Shown in pieces: positions 16,528-34,546 of a stretch of 64,000 nucleotides of DNA. The notes beneath the pieces were generated by a model. The model was not told the DNA's origin. It did not search any database and saw only the letters and a program-made list of their open reading frames with translations. The stretch is from Hormiphora californensis (lineage: Eukaryota; Animalia; Ctenophora): NCBI GenBank assembly GCA_020137815.1, contig CM035354.1, forward strand, positions 682,001 through 746,000, read 5' to 3'. The translations under genes were made by a program, and so were the position numbers. Numbering within the stretch: position 1 is the first letter of the stretch; each line of letters begins with the position of its first letter.

Positions 16528-19500
16528 TTAGTTCAAGGTCTCTGTGGACACTGGACAGGTAAACTCATGATTCCTTGCACTTGTTGATTCAGTAAACCTT
16601 CTCTCACAGTAAGAGCAAGAAAAGGGTTTCTCCCCTGTGTGTATCCTCATGTGTTTTGTAAGATCGTTTTTCAGACCAAACCCCTTACCACATACCGTGC
16701 ACTTGTATGGTTGGGCACCTGAGTGTACCAGTTGGTTTTCTTTTGTAATGATCTCTGTGTAAACCCTTACCACAGTACTTCACACTGACACAGCCTTACA
16801 CAACGTGGGCAAAATTGGTCTGGATAAATCCGGTATCTAGAAATGACATGGGACACCGGTAAATGGTGCTTATTGACGGGGTGTTCAGTTCTGAGATGCT
16901 CGTTACACTCCTCCTGGGACGGGTTCTTGACACCACACTGGTTATATCTACATTTGAAGTCTTGTGATGATGTGGTGTTTAGTACATGAAGAGTCAGATC
17001 TTTTCTCATAGCATGTAGTTACAATGGTTACATTGAAAACACCTGCTCCGTCTGAGGGGGTAGCCTTGTGGTTATCAAACACACTCTTATGATCAGTAAG
17101 GTAACCACAGTACAAACATTTGTAGTTTCCTACACCCTCGTGTACATTCCTGATGTGACTGCGAAGGTGTGGTTTTGCAGCATATCTCTTGTGACACTTG
17201 TGACACTGGTGGATCTTCTTTGGTTCAATACTACGGTTCATTTCGTTTCCCACAGTGCTACATTGGTGGTTCAGTAGTTCAGTCTCGGTTTTGAAGAGTC
17301 GATGGCAGTTAGGTTTCTGCAGTGGTACTTCTTATCTGAGGATGAGGCTTTGTTAATTCATTAAAACAATCAATTATTAAATATCAAGCGAAGCATGGCC
17401 AATGCATTGGCCGTTCGATGGCCATCAAATATTGATTATTGACGGTTTAGTTTCACAGCAGATGAATGAGGCACTTACCATCACTAGAATCCTGACGGCA
17501 GATGTCATAGCCAAGATCAGAGAAATATTCATCACCGTAAAATAGCATAATTCCTGGCCCATTCTAATTGGTTTGTAGGAATAATACTGGACCACACCTG
17601 AGAGTAAATAACTGTTGAATGAAATAACGAAAAAAGAAAAGAAAAGTATTTACTCAACGTCAACTCCTGTTCAATAAAGTCGATTGAAACAATAAAATAC
17701 CTTTACAAACTCGCATCAGAACGTTCTCTTCACACTGGCCCCTTGCCACGTTGATGAACGAAGACAGTTGCTTGATCTGTTAGGATGAAACATCCACAAA
17801 GTGGACCCACTGTACTGGTTTAAACTTCCATGCGCGTACCCAGACTTTTTCCACTTTGTGCCAGTTCTGGTAATTCTTTGAGTCAAATTCTTTTTCCTCT
17901 GCCTACGCAGCCTGAGAAAAGGGATGTTATATTTTACAGACTTGGAAAAAGTTATACATAATACAATGGAGCAAGAAACAAAGCTGATCGATATTATTAT
18001 CCAGCTAGCCCATTATCTGTACACACAACACTTACCAATGATAACTCCAGGTCTTTAATAAACTCTGCCAGCGAAGGACACCAAACCAAGCATGGGTATT
18101 TTGGAATGTGTCTATCTTGTGAAAACTGGGGACGGGGAACTTTTTGGGGCTCTTTAGTTACCAGAAGCAGTAATGACTCTGAACAAGGTTCCAGGTCGCC
18201 ATGTAGCTCACAGAGTGACGGGGAACAAGAGCCTTCACCTCCAACCAATCTGAGGGAAGGAAATTGGGGTCATAGAATTGACGGGGAAAGAGTTTTTTAT
18301 TTCTAATATAAATCTGTTTATTTCCCCCGGACACTTACAATAATCATCAGTATCATCATCCATCACAAAAGAGGTGTATGAGATCCCTTCCTTAAGCTTC
18401 CTCACCGGGTTCCTTCTCACCTTCCCTCCCCTTCATCATCTTACTGCCCCCGCGTCTTCTTGGGGTTAGGTGGTTTAGTGGCATACAAGAAAAGTCAGAT
18501 ATGCCAGGATTCCTGTTATCACTGTTTAGATACCTTATCAAATTTCTTCATCTCCAAGAAAATCAAAATCATCTATTTCATCTTGTTCTTCATGTTATGT
18601 AGTGGGGTGGCTTGACTGTTCATGGTAGTTGATGTGGATTGGTCAATTGGTGTTGCAATTCGGTACTTTCTGCGGTATCTTTGCAGGGACACTTTCATCG
18701 TCTGGTATAACAATCCTGCTCACAACTCTATAAGATATCCAGCATTTTTTATCAAACCTGCCGGGAAAAAGACGGTATTAATATGGGAAATTAAAAAGGA
18801 ATCTATGAACAGAAGGTGTACAGTATGTACTACTTGCTCCGATATCCGGGCACCCCGATTTACCGGTAAAACCCTTTCCCCGAGCATTCCGGTAAACCGG
18901 GCCCCAAAATGTAATTGAATACTGATCTGTTAGCACAAATCATAAATTTCTTCATGATACTTACTCTTCGTTTGAAAGATCGTCTTCGTTTTAGTCACGA
19001 CCATGATTATCGCAGTATATCGGTCGATTGAAGTTTAATTAAGGAACCTCTACCTCAGGCACATCTTCCAGATCGCCAGAACCAGAGCGGTTGCACACAG
19101 AAATTAATTGCCAGACGTCCAGTTCCCTTTTCAACTCTCGCCAGCATCACTGAACAGAAAAGAATGTAACTTCATAATCAGCTGAATTAAATACCAGTTA
19201 AAAGGGAAGCAAAACATAAAATAAAAGCCAGGACTGCAAAAAAAGTAGATTTTGAAGATAAATTTTAGAAGTTAGTTTACTTCTTTCAGAAATAAAGATC
19301 TTCTCAGTTAGTTAGGGTTCTTCGAACATTCAACGTTCAGCTATTTAGATCAGGGAGTAAATTACCCAATAACATACGATCACACTACAACAACTGTGTC
19401 TCTGAGCAAACGACATTGAGAGATCCTTCTGGTGCAGTAATGCAAGTTTTTTCTTATTCACTATCTGGAATTGACTGTTCAAATATCTCGTCTAGATCAA

Positions 19501-20600
19501 ACGTCCGAGTCTTGTTGATGGATTCCCTTGTTTATCTCGGGCTGGAAAATTAAGAAGGTTGTTGATTCTAGGTGTCCGTTAAATTGCAACAGCAGTATGT
19601 TAGTTCTTAGTGTGATAGCTATATAATATATAAAACTGCAGTGTCTAATATTATAGAAGCCGTCATAGCAATTTGGTTTAATAGTCGTAGCCACTTATAT
19701 GAGCCTGCTTCTAGCAAGCTGAGTTATCGGTGGTGTGGACTAGGTTCCAACTGGTCCTCCAGTTATATATGTTTTATTAGAACTGGAGATAGCTTCCATG
19801 TCAGAAACACGTTCATCGATCTGACTTGTGGAGTATCTGTAGAGATGAAGTCATAGTTGAGCCTAGTGTCGAAGGTCAATTGAGGTGCTTACAGTGCGGT
19901 AGTCCCGCTCTCTTGTGATCGGCTATCAGTCGCTTCTTATTGAGATTGCTCTAGTATTATTAACCCTCCTTGATGTCTTTTCATAGCTCTGATAGCTCGT
20001 AGTACAATGGATGATATGTGTTTTACAAGACTATTGGGGTATCATAGTTATAATATGAGAGATGAAATCAACGATTGTTCAGGAGGTTATTGCCTATTTT
20101 TAGACCATCCGTTACATTTAGAGTGCTCATGACCATCTTTAAGACTCACACGTAGGGTCTAGCTAGGCAAAGAAAACTATGATGTACTGTAAGCTAAGAT
20201 CGCATGTGCTAGACCTTGGCGTCGATATCTTTAGTGCCAGGAAGGTAGTAGGTCGAGCCGGTTAGTTATTGTATGCTTATGTAAAAGTGGCGGCACGATG
20301 TACGTGCGAGACGCCATGCTTCACGCAGTACTTACAGTACCCCTTTAGTTTCGCCACAATTTAGTGCGTATGATCTCTCTGCAAAATCTTCCTTGACTGT
20401 ATCATTCTGATATCATGCGAGTGCTCTCTGTCCTTGAAAGTACTCCGCGAACCTATCGCTAATCACGTTCACCTACAACACGATGGCTAAACTGCGCACT
20501 GGGTGATAATGTATACCTATGAATCAGCTAAGTGATGTGTTACTGTGTCTGGCAATAGGTGGGACAGGTTGTGCATATGTGAGTGTAAATAGTTCATATG
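16528..20600 (-). CDS. PRDM9: PRDM9-like gene copy D (sequence degrades above ~19 kb)
   Basis: Fingers at 16528-17230, SET C-terminal exon ~17479-17597 (VVQYYSYKPI..FYGDEYFSDLG), RRNPVRKLKEGISYT..DDDTDDY at 18340-18420. 5' exons are recognisable but noisy. Confidence 0.75.
18817..18906. mobile_element. Tc1/mariner-type MITE remnant in an intron of copy D
   Basis: TACAGT..CCCCGATTTACCGG..CCGGTAAACCGGG, not present in the other copies. Confidence 0.4.
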
Positions 20601-21419
20601 CGAAGCTGTAGTGTAGCAAGATTTAGAGTAAGTAGGTGCGCTGGATAGTTGTAGTAGTAGGTGGGGAACCGAAGCTGTCAGGAGATGATGTAGGTAGATT
20701 AGACGAGACATTGTAGAAACTGATGGACCTGCACAATGACTGTATGAAAATAGGATACATATATCTAACGTAAGACATACACATCACAGAGTACAATCAG
20801 AAATTTGTTACAAAATACTGTAAGTAGCTCCACGCTTTCACTCGAATTTGAGCCTTCTTGCCACTACCTTTATCATCTCTTAGATCCTATCGAAATCTTG
20901 TGACACTCTATCTCTCTCAGTACGTGCTTCAGCACTACTCTTAACTCATTCTCTCATCTTACCTCTCGAATATCCCATAACTCTAACTCTTCTTATTGTC
21001 TCGTCGTTTAAATGCAGCCCCACCCCCCTACTGGTAATTGTTGATTGGTGGAAATGTCGCTAGCAACCGTTGTGCCACGTGAAAATTGAGAGGGTATTAG
21101 GGGCGCATGGTTGGATTGCTATACTAGCCCACGGCCAGATGGAGTACAGCCGCACATCCCTGCACCAGGACAGTGCTCTTGGGCAAGTCCGACACCGTCA
21201 CCTCCCGACGCGCATCCTCATCTGTTACATCTATGTCGAGGGGGACCGAGCTGCTTGCAACATCCGGTGCGCTGCTGACAGTAAAGGCGGTGTTCACTAG
21301 TAATCTATGTAATTTATGTAGCATTATCTCAACTGATAAAGCTAAAGTCATTCATCGTCTCTTTAGCCAGCTCATCCCAGTCATGCTCGATAGTGTATAG
21401 TTTCCTAATTGTTCAATAG

Positions 21420-24400
21420 GGTCTACTGTAGACATTTTAGATGGGTTGGATATCTCGTGTCTCCTTGAATGTTGGAGCCTCAGATGAGGCTAATGGGAAT
21501 GAATCCTCTACACACCTATATTGAGAGCCATCATGTGATATTTGTAATGCGGGTGCGTCAGGAAAATGGGTTTCTGGCAAGCTTCTTTGTGTCTTCTCAT
21601 GTGTCATTAGTTGTAGTAATTACTTAGGTCACAGGACTGGAGAACTCTATACGCACTCCACTGCGTAGCACTTGATGTAGGGTGAGGCTCACTTATCATA
21701 TACTGAGTGTGTCTAGTTGAGTGACCTATGCTTACTTTGTAATGCATCTCGATCACTCCCTGTGTCATATACCTCTCTTCATCCATCTCCAGACTCGCAC
21801 TGCGACATCTGCTGCTTCGTTCTATTACTATCTGCTCTCTGTCTGCACACCGACCTCAAGTACTACTATGTCACTCGTCCCTCCTGCTCTATCTGCATAC
21901 ATCACTCTCTCTGCATTACTTCTCAGCTATGTAGAGACAGCAGTGTGAGGCACTGCACTTAATTAAAAAAAAAAGAATTAATGTATATACATTAGTGATT
22001 TGCTTCATTACGGTTGTGTGGTCATTCATTAGTTGCCATTAGTATTAGTTGGATGTGAGTTGAGTGGATCATAGTTCGAGGTAGTGCTCGTTCCGACTCC
22101 TGCTGGGTACAGGTTATGGGTTGTACTCGTTGACCTACACTAAATGCTATCAGAACACCATCTCCCATGCAGAGTACTCGTCACATCTCTTCTGAACGTT
22201 GTCCTCTTCGTGTCTCTCGTCGGTCGGTGGTTATGTACATGGAGAGTAAGACTCTCTGTGTTGTAACTCTCATATCTCGTCACTAGTAGTCTCTCTACAT
22301 CTCTCTGCTACCGCATTCCTATCGTATCTCAAGTTAACGCACCATCGTCCTTGACTCCAGTGCATCTCTGACGTAGTTTGACTATAGCCTTGCGTCGTCA
22401 CGATGCACTAAGTATTTGCTCTTTTACTTCATAAGTACTCGGTATAGGTAAGCCCTAGATACTATAACTCGCACTCTGTTGACATCTCTCTCTTACTTCT
22501 ACACCTCGTAGTGTCACTCTCCTGCTGTCTAATGCAGCTCTTGAGACTGGACTGTACGTAATGTTATATTTTTAGAGTGAGACCAGATCTGTCAGCATAC
22601 TCCATCTTGTTCGACGCACATTGGGATTGTCATCACGGGCATGTTGATAGTTGAAATGACGGATCCATTCTTTCTCGGTCGTCAATTACTACGGTTCACT
22701 TTCCGTTTCACAGTCGCAGCATTCTGGGCCCTGCGTTCAGTAGTTTCGTACGATCCTCGGTTGTTTTTGAAGTTTGATGTAGCTCTGAGGATGAGCAGTT
22801 AGGTTTCTGCTGGGGAGTGTGAATGTAGTTATTTTTTTTGTTGACTGGGGATGTGGAAGCGGTTTGATGCGATGGTGGTAGCTTTGCTATGATTTCATTC
22901 AAAAAACAAGCAGAGAGTATCAATGCGGGGGTGTTTGACTGAGGCATGAGACAAGCGGGTAGTTGATTGGATTGACGGAAGTGTAGTGTTCACAGGGGCA
23001 GATAGGTTAGTGAGTGAGCATGCTTACCATCAACTACGAATTCCTGACGTGCAGCGTATCTAAGTATAGCCCAAGTATCAGAGCTAAATATAGTCTCCAG
23101 ATGACTAAATTCGATGACTATAAGATCCTGGACTCCTATTACTTATCTAGGTTTGCAGAGGGGGAAAACATACTTGGACCACCCCTCGAGCCACTGATAA
23201 ATAATCCTGACTAACCCCCTTGTAGGACTGCCCCACTATACTCTAAAATCAAAGCTACATCACATCCACTTTACTCTGATACTACTCTACTCTCTCTCTG
23301 CTTACTATAACTCTAGGACTATCGTTCGAATACATAGTGATGATTCTGTCTATCTACATCTCTATGTACATCTCATCTACCTCTTATATAACTCGCTCTC
23401 TCCATTCAGAGTACGTCGTCTCTTCATCTACTGGCTGACTCTTGCCTCTCGCTGACACGCTCGTCCTGCTACATTCATCTCTGAGTCACATGTCGCCAGC
23501 TCAGTCACCGAAATGCAGTTGCATTGCCTGACTGAGTAGGATTGGAGTATGAGATGCACTATTGCATCACCAAATGGCTGGTACCACCATGCGTCAACGC
23601 AGGTGATGTACTACTCCCCTCCATGGACGTGACTTCCTAGACTACACTTATCATCACGCATGTCGCTGGTCTCAGGTTCTTTAGGACAGGTAGTTCTTTG
23701 TGCTTTTAGAACGATCAGTTCATTCTATTACCTCTGTACACGCTCTGAGAGAGTGGGGGTCTGTGAATAGGGACTGTTACTGACACCCTTTTGATGGTAA
23801 GGAGTGTGCTTTTGCTCAAGGTGTCTGATCCCTAAGTTGACTTGAGTTCAGCTTCTGCGCCAAAGTAGGTGCTATAACAATTGGCAAGAATACAATCAGA
23901 GCTATCAGACATGCTCGAATTATGAGTCCCAGTAAGTTAGAGTCTTCGCACTTACTTAGTCGCTATTGTAGTCATCCCAATACAAACCGCATGCCAATGT
24001 ATAAATACAGTGTATATTGAATTATCTACTAACTCTTCTCGCCCAGACTGAAGTTATATGAAACCAATCCCTAGCTAGTGGTTCCCAGGTACTTTTAGGA
24101 AAGCTGCCTCATTATCTCCAATGCCATAAAACCAATGAGGACAGGGGAAAACACCCCTTCCTCCTTACGTTACGCGCCCCTCGGCTTTCAGTACCCCCAT
24201 CGTTGTTGATGAAGCTTCCCCGTACATGGTATTTGCTATATAATGTATTATGTAATCAAGGTTTCCAGCGGTACGCCTGATCTGTCTGAGTAAGACAGAT
24301 ATGGATGGGAGATACAATAGTTCCTTGTCGTCCATACTCAAGCAATCGAAAGGGCAACCCACGACTGATGCGCGCGTTATGCTGAATCTCACCTCCCGCA

Positions 24401-26150
24401 GGTGAATTATTGTACTCACCCACCTCCAATTTCGATTGCATCATACCAAACTGCCCAGTCCACAATAATCTCATGCCATAAGCGGACGACTTTTCTAATA
24501 CTAAGGATCGGTGATATTGACATCTTGCCCCGGAAACTAGAGCATCATACGCACTCACTGTATCATGCAGTCATCACCACGAGATCTAGTATTTGTTAAG
24601 TGTGTGATTCGCAATGTACCTAGCACGATTTACGCGACCGCAGGTTGACCTGGACACAGTGCACACTAGCCACACCCCATTGACCAGATCAAGGCTTGTA
24701 CTTCCAAGCATGCTTTCTATCTTCTTGGAGGCAGAGTGGCATACAAACATAGTACCGATTTCCAGGATCATTGTTATCACGTTTCGATACCTCATCACTA
24801 TTATCTCATCTCCAAGAAAGTCAAAATCAGCTATCTCATCTTGTTTTTCAATGTAATGTAGTGGTCTTGTGATGTGATGGGTTGGTTAGTGGACTTGTCA
24901 TGAGTGAGCGTGGACAATTATGCAGATTACAACGGGTCACCCTGTTCACCGTCGGTATCTTTTTTCAGGGGAACACACTTCTCAGATTCGCTCTGGCTCC
25001 CTATTAGCGAACATTGATAACAGAACTCCCGTGCTCAATTCTCTTAGTTGCAGCACAGCTATGCCGTAGATCTTTTTTAGTCAAACCTAGACGCGTGAGG
25101 ACATTATAGTTATCATAGAAAGTGTCGTTGTGCTTATGGGAAGAAGGACGAGAGTAATGGAGAGAGTTATTGGCAAAAAGAGAGAGTAATCATATAGATC
25201 TGTCAGGAATAGTTAGATCTAAACTATTCTTCTATGGCTGTCCAGCAACTCAGTCTCGCAGAGCTGAGAAGATCTGAGATTCTCGCTTTTTGTTGAGTCG
25301 AGACGAGATAGTTACAGACATCATGGGGATGTGTTCGGTCGAGATTTTATTCAATCGAGCTTCCGTCTACACGATTATGATATATCGTCATCAGGTTATG
25401 GGACTGACGAGTTGAACGACATTATAAGGCGTGGTAACTATTAGACACTGATTGTGGCCAGACTGATATCACCTCTTTTCTTCGTTCCCTTTTAACGTCG
25501 TGCTATGATCACTCGCTCTTCATACAGATACCCAGTATACACCTATATGTCTCAGTCATAACTGCGCTAAGCTATTGCAGCTGAGCAAGATAGCTCTAAC
25601 TAGCTGCCGATAGTATATGCTTATCCACGGACAGAAGGCATCGGAGACTAACTCGCTCTCTCGTAGGTGTGGTGAAACTTATCAAGACGATGCCATTATT
25701 ATCTCAGCACGGTAATTCCGGAAGTTTCTTCTTCTTACGAAATCAGGAATAACAGCTATTATTTCTAGCTTCAGGTCCGGTTCTTCTGATCTAGAAGCGA
25801 TTCTCAAAAGTTTCGTTTTCGATAACCGAGTCTACCAGGGGACCCACTAATAACGTAGCGTTCTGATTGAGCATCTCTGGCTTTAGTTATCCAGTATACA
25901 GTGGCGGGGCAAAGTGTACCTGAGCTGACGCAGTGACTGGTCTTATTTTGGATCCTTTTAGGATTCCGTTTCGGTAGCAAGTACACTTCATTTGCACTAA
26001 CACGTCCTATATATGACCCCCTGTCTCTATCTTCTAATAGTATCTGGATACCTACGTGACTGGATGCATATGTATCTCAGTCTGAGAGGGCGTCATACCC
26101 GCTCAGGTTCTATTGCTAGAACATGTCTAGTCTAGGACCAACTCAGAGTT
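21420..26150 (-). other. PRDM9-like copy E at raw-read quality, 5' end missing
   Basis: Collinear anchors survive among random insertions: ggaaaatgggtttct 21560, gtacatggagagtaagact 22235, acggttcactttccgtt 22690, cttaccatcaac..cctgacg 23025, ctccaagaaagtcaaaatc 24810. Confidence 0.6.
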
Positions 26151-26429
26151 GGGAGTAGAAGCTAGTTCGTTGCCCATTCTTTTATTTACAATTAATCAAA
26201 AACACAAACCACCCGCAACTTTTTATTAAAATTTTTAAACTCCTACCTATTCCCTCACCCACGAGTTCCCATCCAAACACAGAATGGCAAGATATGATGA
26301 GTGAAAAAGATTTGGAGGGTGGTATTGTGCGGCGAATGGGGAGCAGGTATATGGGGGGTAGGAACCACGTTGGGGGCGGGGCCATCTTGGGGTAATACGC
26401 AAAAGCAGGGTGCGCAGTGGGGGCGCAAG

Positions 26430-28060
26430 GTGGGCTTCGCCAGCCGATCTATCTCTCTCTCTCGCTCTATCCGCGCGCGCGAGAGCGCTCGGGAGAGTAG
26501 CGATGCGGAGCGCGAGCGCTAGCGAGGCGCGGAGCCATAAGCGAGCGAGAGAGAGAGGAGGAGAGCTAGCGCTAGCCGAGCGCGTAGAGATACGGCGAGG
26601 AGAGATGATAACACTATCGCGATCTCTATACGATAGCGCTATCGTAGATCTATCGCAGATGATAGCGAGCTTCTCTCTCTCTCTCTTCTATATCTTATAA
26701 TCTATCATCTAATATCTATCCATCTATCCTATCTCTCTGATCTCTCTCTCTCTTCCTTCTATATCTTCGATTCTTCTCATCTCTCTCTCTCTCTCTCTCA
26801 TCCTCTCCTTCTCTCTCTTCTCCTCTCTCTCTCTCTTCTCTCTCTCTCTCTCCCTCTCCTCTCTCCTCTCTCCTCTTTTCTCTCTCTCTCTTCTCTCTCA
26901 TCTCTCGCTCTCTCTCTCTCTCTCGCTATCGCGCCTTAGCTGATCTTCCTCTCTTTCTCTCTCTATCTCTCAATTCTCTCTATCTTCCTCTCTTTCAATC
27001 CATCTCCCTCTTTTCATTGTCCATGCATTCCTTCTTTCCCATGTTTATGTCTCTTGGCTGCTATTTGGATTTGATCCAATGGGCATGTGTTTTGACAATG
27101 GACAGTTCCCCTATCTTTTTCTATCTTTCTATCTTTTTTTTGTACTAAATTATAGTGCAATGTGTTGGGAAGTTTTGACTTGACTTGTGTCAACAACATA
27201 CGCGTATCAAATGTGGAGCCCCCTTAAGCGTTCGATCACACGGCCTCTTCCACCTTCTCATCTATCTCTCTCGAAGATCTCGCTCGCTATAGCGCGAGCT
27301 ATCTATCGAGAGCTAGCGCCATCTAGGCGAGGATCTTATCGCGAGTCGATATCTAGAGAGAGCTCTATGTGAGCCTCGAGAGCTAGAGAGCTAAGGATAT
27401 CTCTCTATCTAGAGATCGAGAGCAGCGAGGACGAGCGGCTAGCGATCGCGATCTCTTCTCTCTCTCTCTGATCTCTTCGCTCACTCTCTCTCTTCCCCCT
27501 TTCTTAATCTCTACTGGGTTGCCGGGGGGTGGGTCGGGGTGTGCCGGTGGTGCCAGGTTATAATTATTTTGAGCTATCAGTGGTCTCATCATGGTATCGG
27601 TGTTTTGTCCCTACCTCACCCGTGAGGTGATCGGACTTCGGACGGAGTGGGTTTGCCCCGCCCCCTTCGTCCCTCAACGCAGGCCCCCCGACGCCCAGCG
27701 AAACATTGCCACGTTGAGAGCCAGCAGAGCAGCGCGTTGCTGTTCCAATCCGTTACAGGACCCTCCTTCCTCTATCTCTCGCTTTGAAGGACGAGGCAGA
27801 GGAGAGAGCGGAGGAAATGAGAGAGGAGGGAGGCTAGAGGAGAGAGAGAGAGCGACGAGGAACAGTAGAGAACGTGCTGAGCGAGAGCTCGCGGGCTAGA
27901 TATCTCTCTCTAGCTCGCTTACGCTCTGATCTAGCTCATATCGCTCGTATATCGCTCTCTCCCTGTCTCTCTCCTATCTCTCCCTCTCTTCTCTCTCTCT
28001 CTCTCTCTCTCTCTTCTTCTCCCTCCTCTTTTCTCTTTTTCTCTCTCCCTTCCTCCTTTT
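26430..28060. repeat. Error-rich (CT)n/(AG)n microsatellite tracts with possible degraded exons
   Basis: Long degenerate dinucleotide runs. 27610-27760 may be a CELF linker exon. Confidence 0.7.
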
Positions 28061-28065
28061 AACAG

Positions 28066-31319
<3,254 letters not shown>

Positions 31320-31673
31320 TAGTGAACTAGTGTGAGAGACAGAGAGACAGAGACTCTCAATTGAAAAGTTGCAAAATGTGTGTGTGCTGGCCGCCTGATG
31401 AGTATATCACGCGTTACATATCACGCGTGATACACGTGCGTGTTAGTTGAATTTGCACGTGCAAACATTTTGAATTAACCCGTACACGCACACAGGACAT
31501 GATGTATTTCAGATTGGTAATGATAAGTATATAAAATATACCTGGGTTCACCTAAGCACCATTTATTTTTGTACTAGTAGTTTATCAAGAGAGAGAGATA
31601 ATGATACCTATAACACGTTTATAAGACATTATATTCAATATTTTTACTAGGTCATAAACAAGTTATTTAGAGT

Positions 31674-31774
<101 letters not shown>

Positions 31775-32689
31775 AGATTATGTTTTACTTGAGATTTTTA
31801 AAAGTGCGTCACAACATGTGGATATATTGGGGGTGTCGCTTTCACTGTGTAAATATACATTGAGTATAATAGAGAGTATAAATAGTCAAATTTATATTGG
31901 CTTCAATTGGATCACCAAAGGTCGTATATTTATTTATTAAGGAAGTACTGTGTGATGGATAAAGCCAGGTGTTGTGGCTACCTCGTGCGTCTAACTTTTT
32001 AAATACTCCAACTAACACATTTAACGCTGTCAGTGTGCTGAGATATGTCAAATCAGATAACTATATGTCAGTTGTACATGTGACTATGTGTGTGTGTTGT
32101 GTATTGTGTGAACGTGTGTGGATAAAGAGTGTGTTTTTTTTCTTTTTTTAAAATCTGTCGAATTTCCCGTCTCGTGTTCGTCGTCCAATATTTTGCAATA
32201 TATAAGTTAGGGGCACTGATTAACCAGCTATTAGTGTTAATTAATCCTAATTAGCGCTAATTAGACCCTGTTAATTGGATATAACCTGGTTATTAGTGCT
32301 CCCTACATGTCCTATTTGGGTTATCGTCGTGTTTCAATTTACAGATAATATATATAATTATATTAAATATAAATATTTGAGTCTCTTTAAGGTTTTTTTC
32401 TTGTGTTTAGTAGCTCAACAAAGGTTTTCGTTATTTATCACCAATTTGCTGTCAGCAAAGTGAACACGTGACAATTTTACAGCTAACACGTGTTTGCTAA
32501 AGTTGCTGAGAGCAAAACTTAACGTTGTATATGTTTGGAGACGTATGTGGTTTAGATTTTTCTTAGCAATATATTATATGATATACATAATTATATATAA
32601 TTATATACAGATATAATAATGTTTCCTTTACTAAAGCTATGTGAAGTTTAAAGGATTGTTATTGAAAGGGGACCGTTAAATATTGTTTG

Positions 32690-32855
32690 TGTTACACATG
32701 AGTTAACACATGTTAATTTAACATTGTTAACATGCTACTAACATGAGTTAACATGTTAGTTTAACATTGTTAACATGTTAATTTAACATTGCTAACACAT
32801 GTTAATTTAACATTGTTAACATGAAAGTAACATGTTAACACATGTTAGTTTCATG
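32690..32855. repeat. Degenerate tandem repeat of short palindromic AACATGTT/GTTAAC units
   Basis: Repeated catgttaatttaacattgttaa-type units. Confidence 0.75.
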
Positions 32856-34546
32856 TGTAATAGCAGATTGAGGTTCACTCCGTACTGGGGACCAAGGGAA
32901 ATTGTGAGTGAGTGAGTTGAGAGAGAGAAACATACATTGGTTTTGTGACTGCAGATAATGCAGCTGATCCAACCAACTTTGCTTTTGTTGTATGCATTCA
33001 CTGAAAAAATAACGTCTTTCAATTTGTACAAATCATTATACTTGGTGGTAAGCGGTAAATGTTAGGGATTTCTGGTACATGTAATTTGGTAAACCCAACC
33101 CAATCATAATACAGATTACAGCCCTAACACCACGTCACCACTTGTTATCACTTGACAAAACACGCTGAGATGGAATATGCTTTAAAACCAGTGAACTCTA
33201 TCGGCCGTTTTATCGAGTTCCCATGAGAGCTGTAGTAGCTGTGCATTTGTCAGCGTAGGATTATGGTATTGATTACCTGTAAATTTTGCGCACACGTGCA
33301 CTGCACAGTGCACCTTGCACAGTGCAGTGCACGCCACGATTGAGTTCTCCAGAACAACTCCAGAACGCCGCGCGGCGGGACATTGACCGCAAACCACTCC
33401 GTCCTGCTGAGCCCATTTTGATTTGTCTGGCCCCGCCGGATGCCGACCCCATCTGATTCTCATTCAGATTCTGAACGCACTGTCGCACGCTCAGATTAGG
33501 GAATTTGATAATCAAAGCGCTTTGATTTGCTGCAACGGCGGCGCTCAGATCATATCAGGTCAGCGCCGCAAGACACTGACAGTCAGAGAGATCCACTGGG
33601 GGAGATCCCCACGACCCCCTGTCACTTAACTGTCAGGCCAATGCTCTGGCAGCACACCCCAGATGGTCAGATATGTGACATTATGTCGACCTCCCCCGGG
33701 GCCGGCCCCCGCTCCCCATGGTTTTCATTTTTTCACCAACTGATATGATTAGTACTAGTTTGTTGAGTAAAACTATAATTGGTCGTGGCCTTGCTGATCG
33801 ATCATGCATGAATATGAAACAGCCTGAGCTGTAACCAGCCTAGCAGTACCTACTACCAGTAGCCACTCTGGCCGTGCCCGATCTGACTCAGATTCTGAGC
33901 GAGATTCAATTTTTCAAAACGCCGCCAGACAGCATGGCAGTACAGCACGTGACCAACTTTAGTCAGTGAGTTTGGAAATCTTTCACAGAGACCAACACCA
34001 GGACTGTCAGAGCATTGGCCTGACCCATTCTCGTTTCTCTCAGCACGCGAGAACGGGGGGGGGGGGGGGGTTAACTGCGGTCAGAGCATTGGCCTGACAG
34101 CACCAGGAACATTGTATACCTTCCATATCAGTATATATATAATATTTGACTGGGAGGCTCTTTAGTCTTTATTAGGCAGAGTGATAGCTGCATACCCTAC
34201 AGCTAGTAGCATGAACATAGATCACGGAGGAGAGCCTCCCAGTCAAATTGTTGTTAAAACCATTACAAACAAGGTGATTCATTACTTCGTGAATAAATAA
34301 AAATAACTGTGAACAACCTTCTCTTCAATACAATATCTGTTTTCTCTCAAACTCGATCCTCTTCACCAGGCTACTTACCCGGTACCCCAGTTCTCTCAAG
34401 TAAGTCTGGGAAACCGGGGGGAAACCAACTATATCTGACTCGAATTCATTACATAACACCGCTTCTGCTTTCTCTTTCCTTTACAATGTTTCACACACAG
34501 AGCAATCAAACACAATACAACACAATGTCCAATGTCTCTCTGTTTT

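Noticed and set aside
19000-26150. Apparent novel ORFs or hypermutation in copies D and E
   Set aside because: Random single-base insertions over a collinear template are the signature of unpolished long reads.
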